Of a DNA stretch of 64,000 bases, positions 30,828 to 41,513 are shown one piece after another (the first letter of the stretch is position 1; each line of letters starts with the position of its first letter). Position numbers and translations under genes: made by a program. Source of the DNA: Melittangium boletus DSM 14713 (GTDB lineage: Bacteria; Myxococcota; Myxococcia; Myxococcales; Myxococcaceae); NCBI RefSeq assembly GCF_002305855.1, contig NZ_CP022163.1:7003765-7067764 (forward strand), given 5' to 3'. The notes below the pieces were generated by a model. That model saw only the letters and a program-made list of their open reading frames with translations, was not told the DNA's origin and ran no database searches.

Positions 30828-33134
30828 ATGCCCGGGGGTGAACCTCCATCCCACATAGGTGTTGGCGTGCCCCCCTCGAATTCCGGCAGCGAAGCCATCC
30901 AGCGCATCTCCCTGAAGAACCGCGAGTACGCCTACATCGAGGACGCCAACCGGGGCGTGGTGCTGGTGGAGATCGGCCCCAAGGTGCTCACGCTGGAGGC
31001 CCACCTCACCCTGGTGATGAAGAGCCGGATGGTGGAACTGGGCACGGGGAGTTGGTGCGTGGTGCGCAACCCCGTGGTGCGCGCCGAGGGCCGGGTGGCG
31101 CTGGATGACTTCGGGCAGGCGCGCATCGCGGTGGGAGACCGGGAGGTGCGCGTGGGCCCCCAGGTCTTCCCCCTCTACCCGGGCGAGGAGCTGGAGGGGG
31201 AGATCGCCGCCGAGTACGTGCTGGGGGTCAACGAGGCGCTGCGCCTGCGCGCGCTCACGGCCTTCACGGAGGAGCCGTCCTCGGGGAGCGCCCCGCGCCG
31301 CCGCGAGGCGGGTGACGAGTGGTTGATGCGGGGGCCGGGCCGCTACGTGCCCAACGCGGCGGTGGTGGTCGTCTCGGACGAGAAGGCGCGGGTGCTCAAG
31401 GAGACGGAGTATTGCGTCGTGCTCAACCCGGTGGACCGCGCCACGGGGCGCATCCAGGAGGGCCGCCGCAAGGTCATCTCGGGGCCGGACGTGTTCTTCC
31501 TCGAGCCCGGCGAGGAACTCGAGGGCGACGTGCGCCGCAAGCACGTCCTGTCGGAGATGCAGGGGCTCAAGCTCCAGGCCCTGGATGAGCTCTCCGAGCC
31601 GGAGGAGGGCGGTGCTCCCCGGGCGCGCAGGGCGGGCGACACGTGGATCGTCCGGGGGCCACGCACGTACGTGCCCAGCGAGAAGGTGCTCATCCTCAAG
31701 GAGATCTCCGCGCTGTCGCTCGGGCAGAGCGAGGGCCTGTACGTGAGGGACTTGCGCTCGGGCAAGGTGTCGCTCGTGCAGGGGCCCTGTCAGTTCATGC
31801 CCGAGGCGCACCAGGAACTGCACGAGAAGCGCCTGTCCCCCGAGGCCGAGGCGCTGCTGGGGCTCGTTCCGCCGCCGCCGGCCGTTCAGGGCGAGGGCAA
31901 GGTGCCGCGTCCGATGCCGGAGAAGGTGGACCGCACGCGCGCCATCGTCCTGCGCATCGAGGACAACACGGCGGTGCTCATCAATGACTTCGAGACGAAC
32001 CACGCGCGGGTGGAGTTCGGACCGTCGAAGGTGATGCTGCGTCCGTACGAGGACGTGACGGTGCTGGACCTGTCGGGAGGCACGCCCAAGAAGGCGAGGC
32101 AGCTCAAGGTGTTGATGCTCCGGTTGGGGCCGGACTTCGCCACGGATCTGTTCGAGGTGGCCACGCGCGACCATGCCCGGCTGCGCATCAAGCTCTCCTA
32201 CAAGTGGCAGTTCGACGTGGAGGGGGACTCGGAGAAGGACAAGGCCATCTTCCGGGTGAACGACTTCATCGGCTACGTCTGCGAGAACCTGGCCTCGCGC
32301 ATCCGCCAGGTCGCCGCGGAGAACGACTTCGAGACCTTCCACAAGACGGCCAGCGTGCTCATCCGCCGCGCCATCTTCGGGGTGGACGAGGGGGGCAAGC
32401 CGCGCAAGGACCGGCTCTTCTCCGAGAACCAGCTGCGCATCATCGACATCGACATCAAGGACATCGCGCCGGTGGACGACAAGACGGCCCTCAAGCTGCG
32501 CGAGGCCATCGACACCAACATCCAGATTCAGCTGGACGCATCGCGTCAGGAGGCGCAGGCCGCCGCCGAACTCAAGCGCATCCGCAGCGAGGAGGAGAAG
32601 CAGCTCGCGGACATTTCCAGTCACCGCAAGGCGGAGGCCGAGCGCCAGTCCCTCATCGAGCTGCAGAACCGCAACAACCAATTGGCCACGTTGAGCCGGG
32701 CGAAGGTGGAGGCCGAGGCGCAGCTCGAGAAGGCGCGGGTGGAGAGCGAGGAGGCGCTGGCGCGCGCGGAGGCCGAGGCCCGGGCCTCGCGCATCCGCAC
32801 CGAGGCGGAGCTGGAGCGCGAGCGCAAGATGACGGAGATGACGATGGAGCGGCAGAAGCGGCTCAACGACCTGGAGGTGGAGCGCCAGGCGCGGCTCTCC
32901 GAGGTGGAGGCCGGGCAGTTCCGTCAGCGGGTGGAGGCGCTCGGGGGTGGGGAGAACTTCGTCAAGGCCGTGGCCGCCCAGGCGCAGGCGGCCGTGGTGG
33001 GCGGGCTGGACAAGGTCGTGTTCCTGCCCAGCGGCTCCAACCTCAACCTCTTCGACTCCATGCAGGGGCTGCTCGGGCCGGGTGGGGCGGGCGCGGCGCG
33101 TCCCGGTACGGGCGGCGGCGGCGGCGGCAATTAG
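30828..33134 (+). CDS. Major vault protein (MVP) homolog
   Basis: ~770 aa. Tandem MVP-repeat domains ('YAYIEDANRGVVLVEIGPKVLTLEAHLTLV', 'VVRNPVVRAEGRVALDDFGQARIAVGDREVRVGPQVFPLYPGEELEG' recurring ~55 aa apart). Then a shoulder domain and a long cap-helix coiled coil ('ELKRIRSEEEKQLADISSHRKAEAERQSLIELQNRNNQLATLSRAKVEAEAQLEKARVESEEALARAEAEARA'). Gly-rich tail. Start uncertain (ATG 30828 or a GTG ~30873). Confidence 0.8.
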   Translation: MPGGEPPSHIGVGVPPSNSGSEAIQRISLKNREYAYIEDANRGVVLVEIGPKVLTLEAHLTLVMKSRMVELGTGSWCVVRNPVVRAEGRVALDDFGQARIAVGDREVRVGPQVFPLYPGEELEGEIAAEYVLGVNEALRLRALTAFTEEPSSGSAPRRREAGDEWLMRGPGRYVPNAAVVVVSDEKARVLKETEYCVVLNPVDRATGRIQEGRRKVISGPDVFFLEPGEELEGDVRRKHVLSEMQGLKLQALDELSEPEEGGAPRARRAGDTWIVRGPRTYVPSEKVLILKEISALSLGQSEGLYVRDLRSGKVSLVQGPCQFMPEAHQELHEKRLSPEAEALLGLVPPPPAVQGEGKVPRPMPEKVDRTRAIVLRIEDNTAVLINDFETNHARVEFGPSKVMLRPYEDVTVLDLSGGTPKKARQLKVLMLRLGPDFATDLFEVATRDHARLRIKLSYKWQFDVEGDSEKDKAIFRVNDFIGYVCENLASRIRQVAAENDFETFHKTASVLIRRAIFGVDEGGKPRKDRLFSENQLRIIDIDIKDIAPVDDKTALKLREAIDTNIQIQLDASRQEAQAAAELKRIRSEEEKQLADISSHRKAEAERQSLIELQNRNNQLATLSRAKVEAEAQLEKARVESEEALARAEAEARASRIRTEAELERERKMTEMTMERQKRLNDLEVERQARLSEVEAGQFRQRVEALGGGENFVKAVAAQAQAAVVGGLDKVVFLPSGSNLNLFDSMQGLLGPGGAGAARPGTGGGGGGN

Positions 33135-33143
33135 CGTCCTCCG

Positions 33144-34217
33144 TCACGCCGCGTGGCGGGCGGCGGAGGGCGGCTGGATGGCGCCGTGACCCGGAGGGGG
33201 GAGGGTGAGCGTGGGGTGGAGGCCCGGCGACACCAGCGCGCTCGTCAGGAGGGAGGAGGGGTGGACGTTCACGAAGCCCCCCTCCACCTGGGAGGGGCCC
33301 GCGAACACCTTCTCCAGGATCATCGACGAGTACTGCTCCAGGGAGCTCTCGCGGGTGTTGCCATTGAGCACCACCTCCCAGCCCATCTGTTCGGCGAAGG
33401 CGCGCACCCCGGGGATGAGGGATTGGAGCGGGGTGTAGCTCTCCGTCGCCACGGCGTTCTCGCTCACCACGAACACCTCCTGCCCGGTGGCCACCGCGAG
33501 CGACATGTTGCCCAGCGTGTGGCCCGGCGTGGACAGGAGCGCCACGCCCCGGCCCAGCCACGTATCGCCCTCCAGGAGCACCACGCGCTCCTCGGGCACG
33601 CCGGTCGTTCCGTCCTCGACGTACCAGACGCGCTCCAGGGGGTGCAGGTTCTTCACCGCGGCCCACTCGGCCCGCTGCACCAGCAGCTTCGCGCGGGGGA
33701 AGTAGGCCGGCTGACCATCTCCGCCGAGCCAGCGCCGCAAGTCCTGTGCGTGCAGGTGATCGAACGCGAGGTAGTCCACGTCCTCGGGCCGCAACCCGAG
33801 CGCCTGGAGGTGTTCCTGTACCGTGCCGTGCCGCCGCGTCATCACCTTGGTGGTGACGAAGTCGCCATACTTCTCGCGCAGCGATTTATAGAAGGGCGCC
33901 TCATGGCCGCGCTCATAATCGCTCGGATTGAAGAGCAGGGTGCGCTGCGTCCCGTCCTCCTGGTACTGCACCACCTGCATCCGGTTCAGCATCATCACGT
34001 ACGGGGCGAGGGTGCGCGCCGCGCCACTGAAGGCGAACAGGGTGGGGTAGGGGAAGGTGACGAGGTCGCACGTGGCCAGCGCGGTGACGGGGCCCTCGGC
34101 GGTGAAGGCCTCGCGCGCCTCCTGGGCGGCCCGGCGCAGCTTCCGCAGCCGACGCCCGGCCGCCTGCTCGGTGCGCGCCTCGGGGAGGAAGGGGAGAGGT
34201 CGAAAGGGAGCGGTCAT
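33144..34217 (-). CDS. MBL-fold metallo-hydrolase
   Basis: 'LLSTPGHTLGNMSLAVATGQEVFVVSENA' is the MBL HxHxDH-region equivalent. ATG at 34217. Convergent with the MVP gene; the stops are ~10 bp apart. Confidence 0.6.
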   Translation of the reverse strand: MTAPFRPLPFLPEARTEQAAGRRLRKLRRAAQEAREAFTAEGPVTALATCDLVTFPYPTLFAFSGAARTLAPYVMMLNRMQVVQYQEDGTQRTLLFNPSDYERGHEAPFYKSLREKYGDFVTTKVMTRRHGTVQEHLQALGLRPEDVDYLAFDHLHAQDLRRWLGGDGQPAYFPRAKLLVQRAEWAAVKNLHPLERVWYVEDGTTGVPEERVVLLEGDTWLGRGVALLSTPGHTLGNMSLAVATGQEVFVVSENAVATESYTPLQSLIPGVRAFAEQMGWEVVLNGNTRESSLEQYSSMILEKVFAGPSQVEGGFVNVHPSSLLTSALVSPGLHPTLTLPPPGHGAIQPPSAARHAA

Positions 34218-34434
34218 GGGATCACCGGGAGGTAACGCGTGAGCGCGGGCGGATGTGTCGCCCATTACGCACGGTGGCTGGACGCTCCGCGAGCGGCGCG
34301 GCGGCGGCGGGTTCACTGGTAGACGGGGTTTCCGGGCGGGCTGGCCGGCGGCGGGCGGCGGGCCCGAGGGGCGATGAGAGAGGCCGCCATGCCAGGGCCG
34401 TTCTGGTAGGGTGGGGAAAGAGGATTCACGGGAC

Positions 34435-35466
34435 ATGGCGAAGCGGAAAACGGACGACGCGCTCTCGGGAGAGGCGCTCAATGACGAGGGCCGGGTCGAG
34501 GCCTCGCTCCGGCCACGCTCCTTCGACGAGTACGTGGGCCAGAGCGCCGTCGTCGACAAGCTCAGGGTGTATGTCCAGGCGGCGCGCAGCCGCGGGGAAG
34601 CGCTCGACCATTGCCTCTTCTCCGGGCCTCCGGGTCTGGGCAAGACGTCGCTCGCCTACCTCATGGCCACGGAACTGGGCGTGGGCATCCACGTGACGAG
34701 CGGCCCCGCGCTCGAGCGCAAGGGGGACCTGGCGGGCCTGCTCACCAACCTCAACGAGCGCGACATCCTCTTCATCGACGAGGTGCACCGCCTCAACGCC
34801 GCCATCGAGGAGTACCTCTACCCGGCCATGGAGGACTTCCGGCTGGACATCACCATCGACACGGGCCCCGCCGCCCGGGCGATGAAGATCGACCTGCCGC
34901 CCTTCACCCTCATTGGCGCCACCACCCGCACGGGCCTGCTCACCTCGCCCTTGCGCGACCGCTTCCAAATTCAGGAGCGGCTCGAGTACTACGAGCCCAA
35001 GCACCTGGAGATGATCCTCAACCGCTCGGCGCGCATCCTCGGCGTGAAGCTGGAGCGGGACGGGGCCCGGGAGATCTCCACCCGCGCCCGGGGCACGCCC
35101 CGCATCGCCAACCGGCTGTTGCGCCGCCTGCGGGACTTCGCCCAGGTGGAGGGGGATGGCACCATCACCCGGGAGCTGGCGTCCCAGGCGCTCACCCGGC
35201 TGGGCGTGGATGCCTCGGGCCTGGATGCCATGGACCGGAAGATCCTCCTGGCCATCCTGGAGAAATTCGGTGGGGGCCCGGTGGGGGTGGAGACGATCGC
35301 CGCCAGCGTGGGCGAGCAGCGCGATACCATCGAGGACGTGTACGAGCCCTACCTGCTGCAAGAAGGCTTCCTCCAGCGCACGCCGCGGGGCCGCACGGCC
35401 ACGCATCGCGCGTACACCTACTTCAACAAGAAGGCGCCCGAATCGGCGCAGGGGTCCCTCTGGTGA
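34435..35466 (+). CDS. ruvB: Holliday junction DNA helicase RuvB
   Basis: '[18 protein letters not shown]' Walker A. '[10 protein letters not shown]' Walker B. '[22 protein letters not shown]'. ATG 34435 with AAGAGGA RBS. Confidence 0.9.
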   Translation: MAKRKTDDALSGEALNDEGRVEASLRPRSFDEYVGQSAVVDKLRVYVQAARSRGEALDHCLFSGPPGLGKTSLAYLMATELGVGIHVTSGPALERKGDLAGLLTNLNERDILFIDEVHRLNAAIEEYLYPAMEDFRLDITIDTGPAARAMKIDLPPFTLIGATTRTGLLTSPLRDRFQIQERLEYYEPKHLEMILNRSARILGVKLERDGAREISTRARGTPRIANRLLRRLRDFAQVEGDGTITRELASQALTRLGVDASGLDAMDRKILLAILEKFGGGPVGVETIAASVGEQRDTIEDVYEPYLLQEGFLQRTPRGRTATHRAYTYFNKKAPESAQGSLW

Positions 35467-36953
35467 GTTCCGCGCCCGCAGTTCCTCCGACCCGAGCCTC
35501 GCGCGTTCCTCGTGACTTCTACGAGGAGCTGGTGCGCGCCTCACAAGGCAGCCAGGCCGGCTTCCTCTCCGAGCGCGAGCGCTGGTTGCGCGCCCTGACC
35601 GTGGATGCCCGCGAGGAGCTGCTCTTCGAGTTCGAGATGCTCCTGCGCGGCATGGAGCGCTACGTCCACCAGCAGGACAATGGCGTCACCGCGGAGTCCC
35701 ACGAGCAGCCGCTCGTCACGCGGGACTTCCGCGAGGAACTCAAGGACATCCGCGCCACGCTCAGCCAGAGCATCCGCCTGGCGCGCCACCTGTTGGATCC
35801 GGACTCGGACCAGAAGCTCCAGTTCCGCCGCTACGTGGAGACGCAGCTCGCGGATGACCGGGGCCTGCGCTCGCGCATCGAGGGCGAGCGGCAGCAGGAG
35901 ACGCCCCAGGAGAGCCTCTTCGTCCTGCGCCAGTCCTTCGAGTCGCTGCGCAACCTCATCGACCACCTCCTGCAGTTGCCAGTGTGCGGGCTGAGCCTCT
36001 TCACCGACGTGGGCAACCTGGTGCTGCGGGAGATCGTCCTCAACCGCTACTTCCGGCCCTGCCGTCTGACCGAGTTCCGCCTGGAGTATGATCGGCTGCG
36101 CTCGGCGCGGCTGCTGGCGCTCCTGGCCACGGTGCCCGCGGAGACCCGGCCGCTCTTCACCACCGCCTACCTGGGCCTGTTCCGCCTGCTGCATTGCCTG
36201 GCCTACGTGAGCCAGGACGCCCAGGGCCCCATTCCCCGGCGCGTGCGCGTGCTGCTCGCGCTGGTGCGCAGCGAGGCGCTCAGCCTGGTGGGCTACCTGA
36301 AGAACGAACTGGCGCCCCGGGCGGGCCCCAAGCCGCTCCAGGCCGCGTGTCTGCGCGCCGCGCGGGACATCGCCCGCGAGACCGAGCGCATCGCCCGCGA
36401 CATCCTCGTGGAGCTGGATCGCGATCGGGCCGCCGCCGCCCGGGCCTCCTACGCCTTCACCCAGCTGCTGCAGACGCAGGTGGTGGCGCTCACGGAAGCG
36501 CTTTCCCCGGGCTCCACGTCCGGAGAGGCCCCCTTCGAGCAGCTCACCTCCGCCACCGAGTGCGCGAGCCGGTTGCGCATGGACTTGTGGGTCTTCTCCC
36601 AGCTGTGCCGTGCGGCGGAAGGCCACCTGCGCAACGACGACGTGCCCGCGTCCGAGTCCGTCATTTCCAGCATCGTGGCCTTCCTCGGCTATTTCCAGGA
36701 CGGCAGCTACCAGCTGCTGCGTTACGTGGATTACGAGGCGTTCGACCGCTTCTCGGCGCTGCTCACCGAGCTGCCGTGGCCTCCCGAGGGCCCCGCCGTC
36801 CGCACCCGGCTCATCGTGGACCTGAAGGCCTTCTCCCAGGTGCTGGAGAACACCTTCGCCGCCGTGAGCCGGCGCGCCCAGCTCCGGGGCTTCCATTTCG
36901 ATCGGATCGAGGCCGAGGCCCTGCGCGACCGGTTCCTCTCCACCGCGCAGTAA
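35465..36953 (+). CDS. Hypothetical protein (helical, conserved-looking), translationally coupled to ruvB
   Basis: GTG overlaps the ruvB stop (GTGA). ~495-aa continuous frame with consistent GC3. No recognisable domain. Confidence 0.45.
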
Positions 36954-37343
36954 ACGCGTTTGTCCGGAAGTGGGCATTGCAATCGCCCCAGACTCCTCGT
37001 TCGTGATCGGCCTCCGTTTGATTCCAGGCATCCGCTTGCGCTATGCGGGGGCCCTCATGACGCGCCCCGACGGGCGTCTGGGTGAGGGAAAGTCCTGACA
37101 CCTTTGTCACGGTGTCGAGACAGATGCACAGCGGATCGAGGGGGGACGGGACTCCGGATGTCGCGGAAGTCCTGGCGAGCGGATGAAAAACCCCAGTGAA
37201 ACCAACGACTTGGCTCATTCCCGAAGCTCGGGGATCCGCTGGGAACGGAGGGGACTCACTGGCGTATCGCTTGCAATGATGCGCGGCGCGTCAGATGGGC
37301 AGTGAACAGAGCAGCACCCGCATCGAAGAGGCGACACCGAACC

Positions 37344-38273
37344 ATGCCTTCCAGTTCATTCAACCAGCGCACGCTCCTCCAGCCCGTCCACTGCCAGGGG
37401 GTGGGCCTCCATTCCGGGGCTCCGGTGAACCTGTCCCTGCTGCCCGCGCCGGTGAACCACGGCATCTGCTTCGTGCGCACGGACACGCCGCGGCCGGTGG
37501 TCCTCCCGGCGCTGTCGGAGTACGTGGTGGACACGTCGCTGGCCACGACGCTGGGGCGTGACGGGGTGAAGGTGAGCACGGTGGAGCACCTGATGTCGGC
37601 GCTGGCTGGCATGGGGCTGGACAACGTGCGCGTGGAGCTGGACGGGCCCGAGGTGCCCATCATGGACGGCAGCGCCGCGCCCTTCGCCGCGCTGATCTCC
37701 GAGGCGGGGCTGCGCGAGCAGGAGGAGCCGCGCCGCGTCCTGGTGATGAAGAAGACGGTGGCGGTGGTGGACGGGGACAAGGAAGCGAGCCTGTCGCCCG
37801 CGAAGAACTTCCGCATCTCCTGCACCGTGGATTTCAAGCACCCGCTCATCACCGAGCAGTCCTTCGAGCTGGAGTTCTCCGACCGGTGCTTCGCCCGGGA
37901 GATCTCCCGCGCGCGCACCTTCTGCTTCCGCCGGGACGTGGAGATGCTGCAGAAGATGGGCCTGGCGCGGGGCGGCTCGCTGGACAACGCCATCGTGGTG
38001 GACGAGTTCTCCATCCTCAACCCGGATGGCCTGCGCTTCGCCGACGAGTTCGTGCGTCACAAGATCCTGGACGCCATCGGGGACATCTCCCTCTTCGGCC
38101 GTCCGGTGGTGGGTCACCTCAAGGCCTTCAAGACGGGCCACGCGCTCAACCAGAAGCTGGTCAAGGCGGTGCTGGCGGATCCGAGCTCCTACGAGATCGT
38201 CCCCATGCGCAAGTCCGTGGATTTGCCCGAGTTGCGCCTGCCGGAGCTCGGGCTCGAGCCGCTGGTGGCCTGA
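37344..38273 (+). CDS. lpxC: UDP-3-O-acyl-N-acetylglucosamine deacetylase LpxC
   Basis: 'QRTLLQPVHCQGVGLHSGAPV', 'TVEHLMSALAGMGLDNV', 'EVPIMDGSAAPF', 'HKILDAIGDISL' are LpxC hallmarks. Confidence 0.9.
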   Translation: MPSSSFNQRTLLQPVHCQGVGLHSGAPVNLSLLPAPVNHGICFVRTDTPRPVVLPALSEYVVDTSLATTLGRDGVKVSTVEHLMSALAGMGLDNVRVELDGPEVPIMDGSAAPFAALISEAGLREQEEPRRVLVMKKTVAVVDGDKEASLSPAKNFRISCTVDFKHPLITEQSFELEFSDRCFAREISRARTFCFRRDVEMLQKMGLARGGSLDNAIVVDEFSILNPDGLRFADEFVRHKILDAIGDISLFGRPVVGHLKAFKTGHALNQKLVKAVLADPSSYEIVPMRKSVDLPELRLPELGLEPLVA

Positions 38274-38321
38274 GAAATTTCTTTGCGAGTCCCGGGTTTT
38301 CTCGACTAAGGACCCGTACCC

Positions 38322-39401
38322 ATGCCCATGCGCACCTCTTCCACCCTCCTGGCCGCGTTCCTCGCGGCTTCTTTCGTCTCCGGTTGTAACAAGGAGAAGG
38401 CCCCGGCGGCCGCCGCCACCGCGACCACCCCCTCCTCGACGGAGCCCTCCGCGGACACGGTCGTGGCCACCTTCGGCGACGGTCAGAAGATCACCTTCGG
38501 TGAGCTGAACGACCGCCTCAAGGATCCGCTGGCCAACCTGGAGAAGCAGAAGTACCAGACGCGCAAGCAGGGTCTGGATGGCTTCGTGGTGGAGAAGCTG
38601 GTGAAGGCCGAGGCCACCAAGCGCAACCTCTCCGAGGAAGCGCTGGTCAAGGCCGAGGTCGACGACAAGATTCCCCAGCCGCCCGAGGAGGAGATCAAGA
38701 AGCTGTACGACGAGGCCAAGGAGCGGCTGCCCCCGGGCACCACCTATGAGCAGGTCAAGCCGCAGATCGTCGACTTCCTCACCGGCTCCAAGAAGCAGGA
38801 GCGCGCGCGGGACTACTTCGCCGAGCTGAAGAAGAACGCGAACGTGCAGATCACCCTGCCCGAGCCGCCGCGCCCGCCCGTCGAGCGCAAGCAGGTGGCC
38901 GCCATCGGTCCCGCGAAGGGCCCGGACAGCGCGCCCATCACCATCGTGGAGTTCAGCGACTTCCAGTGCCCCTTCTGCAGCCGCGCCATCAAGACGGTGG
39001 ACGAGGTGATCAAGGCGTACCCGGACAAGGTGAAGCTGGTGTTCCGCCAGTTCCCGCTGGAGTTCCACAAGGAGGCGCCCAAGGCCGCCGAGGCCTCGCT
39101 GTGCGCCAGCGACCAGGGCAAGTTCTGGGAGTACCACGACACGCTCTTCGCCAATCAGTCCGCGCTGCAGGTCGACAAGCTCAAGGAGCACGCCAAGACG
39201 CTGGGCCTGGACACGGCGAAGTTCGACAAGTGCCTGGACAGCGGTGAGAAGGCCGCCACGGTGAAGGCCGATCAGGACGACGGCCAGAAGGTGGGCGTCA
39301 ACGGCACGCCGGCCTTCTTCATCAACGGCATCCTCCTGTCGGGCGCCCAGCCCTTCGACGAGTTCAAGAGCGTCATCGACGCCGAGCTGGCCAAGAAGTA
39401 A
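38322..39401 (+). CDS. DsbA-family thiol:disulfide oxidoreductase lipoprotein with N-terminal chaperone-like domain
   Basis: Lipobox 'LAASFVSGCNKEK'. Thioredoxin CxxC 'FSDFQCPFCSRA'. Confidence 0.8.
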   Translation: MPMRTSSTLLAAFLAASFVSGCNKEKAPAAAATATTPSSTEPSADTVVATFGDGQKITFGELNDRLKDPLANLEKQKYQTRKQGLDGFVVEKLVKAEATKRNLSEEALVKAEVDDKIPQPPEEEIKKLYDEAKERLPPGTTYEQVKPQIVDFLTGSKKQERARDYFAELKKNANVQITLPEPPRPPVERKQVAAIGPAKGPDSAPITIVEFSDFQCPFCSRAIKTVDEVIKAYPDKVKLVFRQFPLEFHKEAPKAAEASLCASDQGKFWEYHDTLFANQSALQVDKLKEHAKTLGLDTAKFDKCLDSGEKAATVKADQDDGQKVGVNGTPAFFINGILLSGAQPFDEFKSVIDAELAKK

Positions 39402-39416
39402 GGAAGGCGGCTTCAC

Positions 39417-40697
39417 GTGGCGGTGCGCCCCAAGGCGACGCTTCGTCTGGGACGGGATGGTGAGCCGGGCGTGCTCGAGTTGGAGCGCCCGCTCGCCGCC
39501 AGTCTCTCCCCTGGCCAACCCCTCGTGGCGCATTTCCACTCGCCCGAGGGAGTGGTGCTGTTGCGCGAGCCCGCCGCCCTGGGCGGCTTCTTCGCCGGCA
39601 GTCTCCGCTCGCTGTCGGTGGAGGAGGTGCTCGGCCATGTGCACTCCGGCATCCGCAGCGGCCAGCTCATCCTCCAGAACGGCCCGGTGCAGCGCACCGT
39701 CACCTTCCGGGACGGCCAGCCCACCTTCGCCGTGTCCAGCGTGCACCATGAGCGCCTGGGCTCCGTGGTGGTGCAGTTGGGCCTCGTCACTCCCGAGCAG
39801 CTGCACCACGCGCTGGGCAAGGTGTCGCCCTCGTTGCGCATTGGCGCGGTGCTCACCCGCGAGGGCTTCCTGTCCGAGGCCAACCTCTACAGCGCCATGA
39901 CGTACCTGGTGCGCGAGGTGATGCTCAACCTCTTCGAGATGTCCGAGGGCAGCTTCCTCTTCATCGAGGGCCGTCCGCCACCGGGCGACTCGGTGAAGCT
40001 CCAGGAGCGCACCCGGGATCTCATCCTCCAGGGCCTCAAGCGTGGAGAGGCCGTGGCGCGGCTGCGCCGGCGCTTCCCGGACGATCTGACGGTGGTGGCC
40101 GGCTCCGAGTCACCTCCTCCCGGCGAGGAGGCCCTGTTCGCCCAGGCCTCCGCGGGCAGCGTGCTGGGCGTGCTGCGCTCCTTTTGGGAGGGCAGCCTCT
40201 TCTCCTTCCTCACCTGGGTGGATGAGCGCCTGCGCGACGGCTCGCTCGTCATCCAGCAGAAGTCCGCCGTGCCTCCCGTGGCGCCCGTGCCCCTCGTTCC
40301 CCGGCGGCCCTCGGGCTCCTTCGCCGTGGTGCCCCCTCCGGTCGTGGCGCCCCTGGGCCCCGAGGAGCGCTTCAACGCGCTGCTCGCGCAGATCCACACC
40401 GCCATCCGCCTGGCGGGCGCCAATCCGAACCTGCTCCAGGGCTTCCTCGAGTCTCCCCAGCCCGGGCTGGAGACCGCCTACGAGGGCGTGAAGCTCGGGC
40501 CGGATGGCCGGCTGGACGTGGAGCGCATCCGCCAGAACGTCTCCAGTGGGGGCGAGGCGCTCGCGCGCGCCATGACGCTCGAGGCGCTGGACGCCTTCGT
40601 GTCCTACGCGCTGTTCTCCGCGCGCAACGTGCTGCCGGGCGAGATGTCCGAGCGGCTCTATCGCGGCTACCGCGATCTCCAGGAGGGCTTGTCGTGA
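39417..40697 (+). CDS. DUF4388 (PATAN)-domain protein
   Basis: GTG start. 'LGHVHSGIRSGQLILQNGPVQRTVTFRDGQPTFAVSSVHHERLGSVVVQLGLVTPEQL' is typical of DUF4388. Confidence 0.6.
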   Translation: MAVRPKATLRLGRDGEPGVLELERPLAASLSPGQPLVAHFHSPEGVVLLREPAALGGFFAGSLRSLSVEEVLGHVHSGIRSGQLILQNGPVQRTVTFRDGQPTFAVSSVHHERLGSVVVQLGLVTPEQLHHALGKVSPSLRIGAVLTREGFLSEANLYSAMTYLVREVMLNLFEMSEGSFLFIEGRPPPGDSVKLQERTRDLILQGLKRGEAVARLRRRFPDDLTVVAGSESPPPGEEALFAQASAGSVLGVLRSFWEGSLFSFLTWVDERLRDGSLVIQQKSAVPPVAPVPLVPRRPSGSFAVVPPPVVAPLGPEERFNALLAQIHTAIRLAGANPNLLQGFLESPQPGLETAYEGVKLGPDGRLDVERIRQNVSSGGEALARAMTLEALDAFVSYALFSARNVLPGEMSERLYRGYRDLQEGLS

Positions 40698-41419
40698 CGG
40701 ATGCTTCCCCCGCGCGGGAGCGGCTCGCGCTCGCCGCGGATCTCCCCCTGGACGAGGGCCTGCGGCTCTACGCGCAGGTGGCGCCCCATGTGGGCTACGC
40801 CAAGGTGGGCCTGTCGCTCTTCGTGGAGCATGGCCCCGCGGCCGTGGCCGCCTTCCAGAAGCTGGGGGCGCGGATCTTCCTCGACCTCAAGCTGCACGAC
40901 ATCCCCAACACCGTGGAGCTGGCCGCCGCGCGCGCCGGGGCGCTGGGCGTGTCCCTGCTCACCGTGCATGCCGCCGGAGGCGAGCCCATGCTGCGCGCCG
41001 CGGTGAAGGGCGCGCGCGCGGGAGCCCAGGCCCAGGGTCATGCGCCGCCGCGAATCCTCGCGGTGACGGTCCTCACCTCCATGTCCGCCGAGGACGTGGC
41101 CGACGTGGGCCTGTCCGGTGCTCCCGAGCAGGCCGCCCTGCGGCTCGCGCGGCTGGCCATGCGCGCGGGCGTGGAGGGCCTGGTGTGCTCACCCCGCGAG
41201 GCGGAGTCCTTCCGCCGCGAGCTCGGCACCGCGCCCTTCCTGTGCACGCCGGGCATCCGCCCGGCGGGCGCGGCCCTGGGGGACCAGAGCCGCGCGGAGA
41301 CGCCGGCCTTCGCGGTGCGCGCTGGAGCGGACCTCCTGGTGGTGGGCCGCCCCATCCACACCGCCGCCCAGCCGGTGGACGCCGCACGCGCCATCGCCCT
41401 GGAAGTTTCATCCGCTTGA
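40694..41419 (+). CDS. pyrF: Orotidine-5'-phosphate decarboxylase
   Basis: 'LALAADLPLDEG...AKVGLSLFVEHGPAAV...IFLDLKLHDIPNTV' is the OMPdecase active site (DxK...D). GTG overlaps the previous stop. Confidence 0.85.
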   Translation: MTDASPARERLALAADLPLDEGLRLYAQVAPHVGYAKVGLSLFVEHGPAAVAAFQKLGARIFLDLKLHDIPNTVELAAARAGALGVSLLTVHAAGGEPMLRAAVKGARAGAQAQGHAPPRILAVTVLTSMSAEDVADVGLSGAPEQAALRLARLAMRAGVEGLVCSPREAESFRRELGTAPFLCTPGIRPAGAALGDQSRAETPAFAVRAGADLLVVGRPIHTAAQPVDAARAIALEVSSA

Positions 41420-41513
41420 CAACACGCGGTTGAGGGCTTGCCACGGCCCCTGGCCGCATCCCCCGCTCGTCCCCAGCTTGTGTCCCGAGGCCATCGGGCC
41501 TGGGGAGACTCAC

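Noticed and set aside
30723-32681. 652-aa minus ORF
   Set aside because: Antisense to the MVP gene. No repeat structure or motifs.
35541-39809. ORFs 35541..37031 (-) and 37356..39809 (-)
   Set aside because: Antisense to the ruvB-downstream gene, lpxC and the dsbA-like gene.
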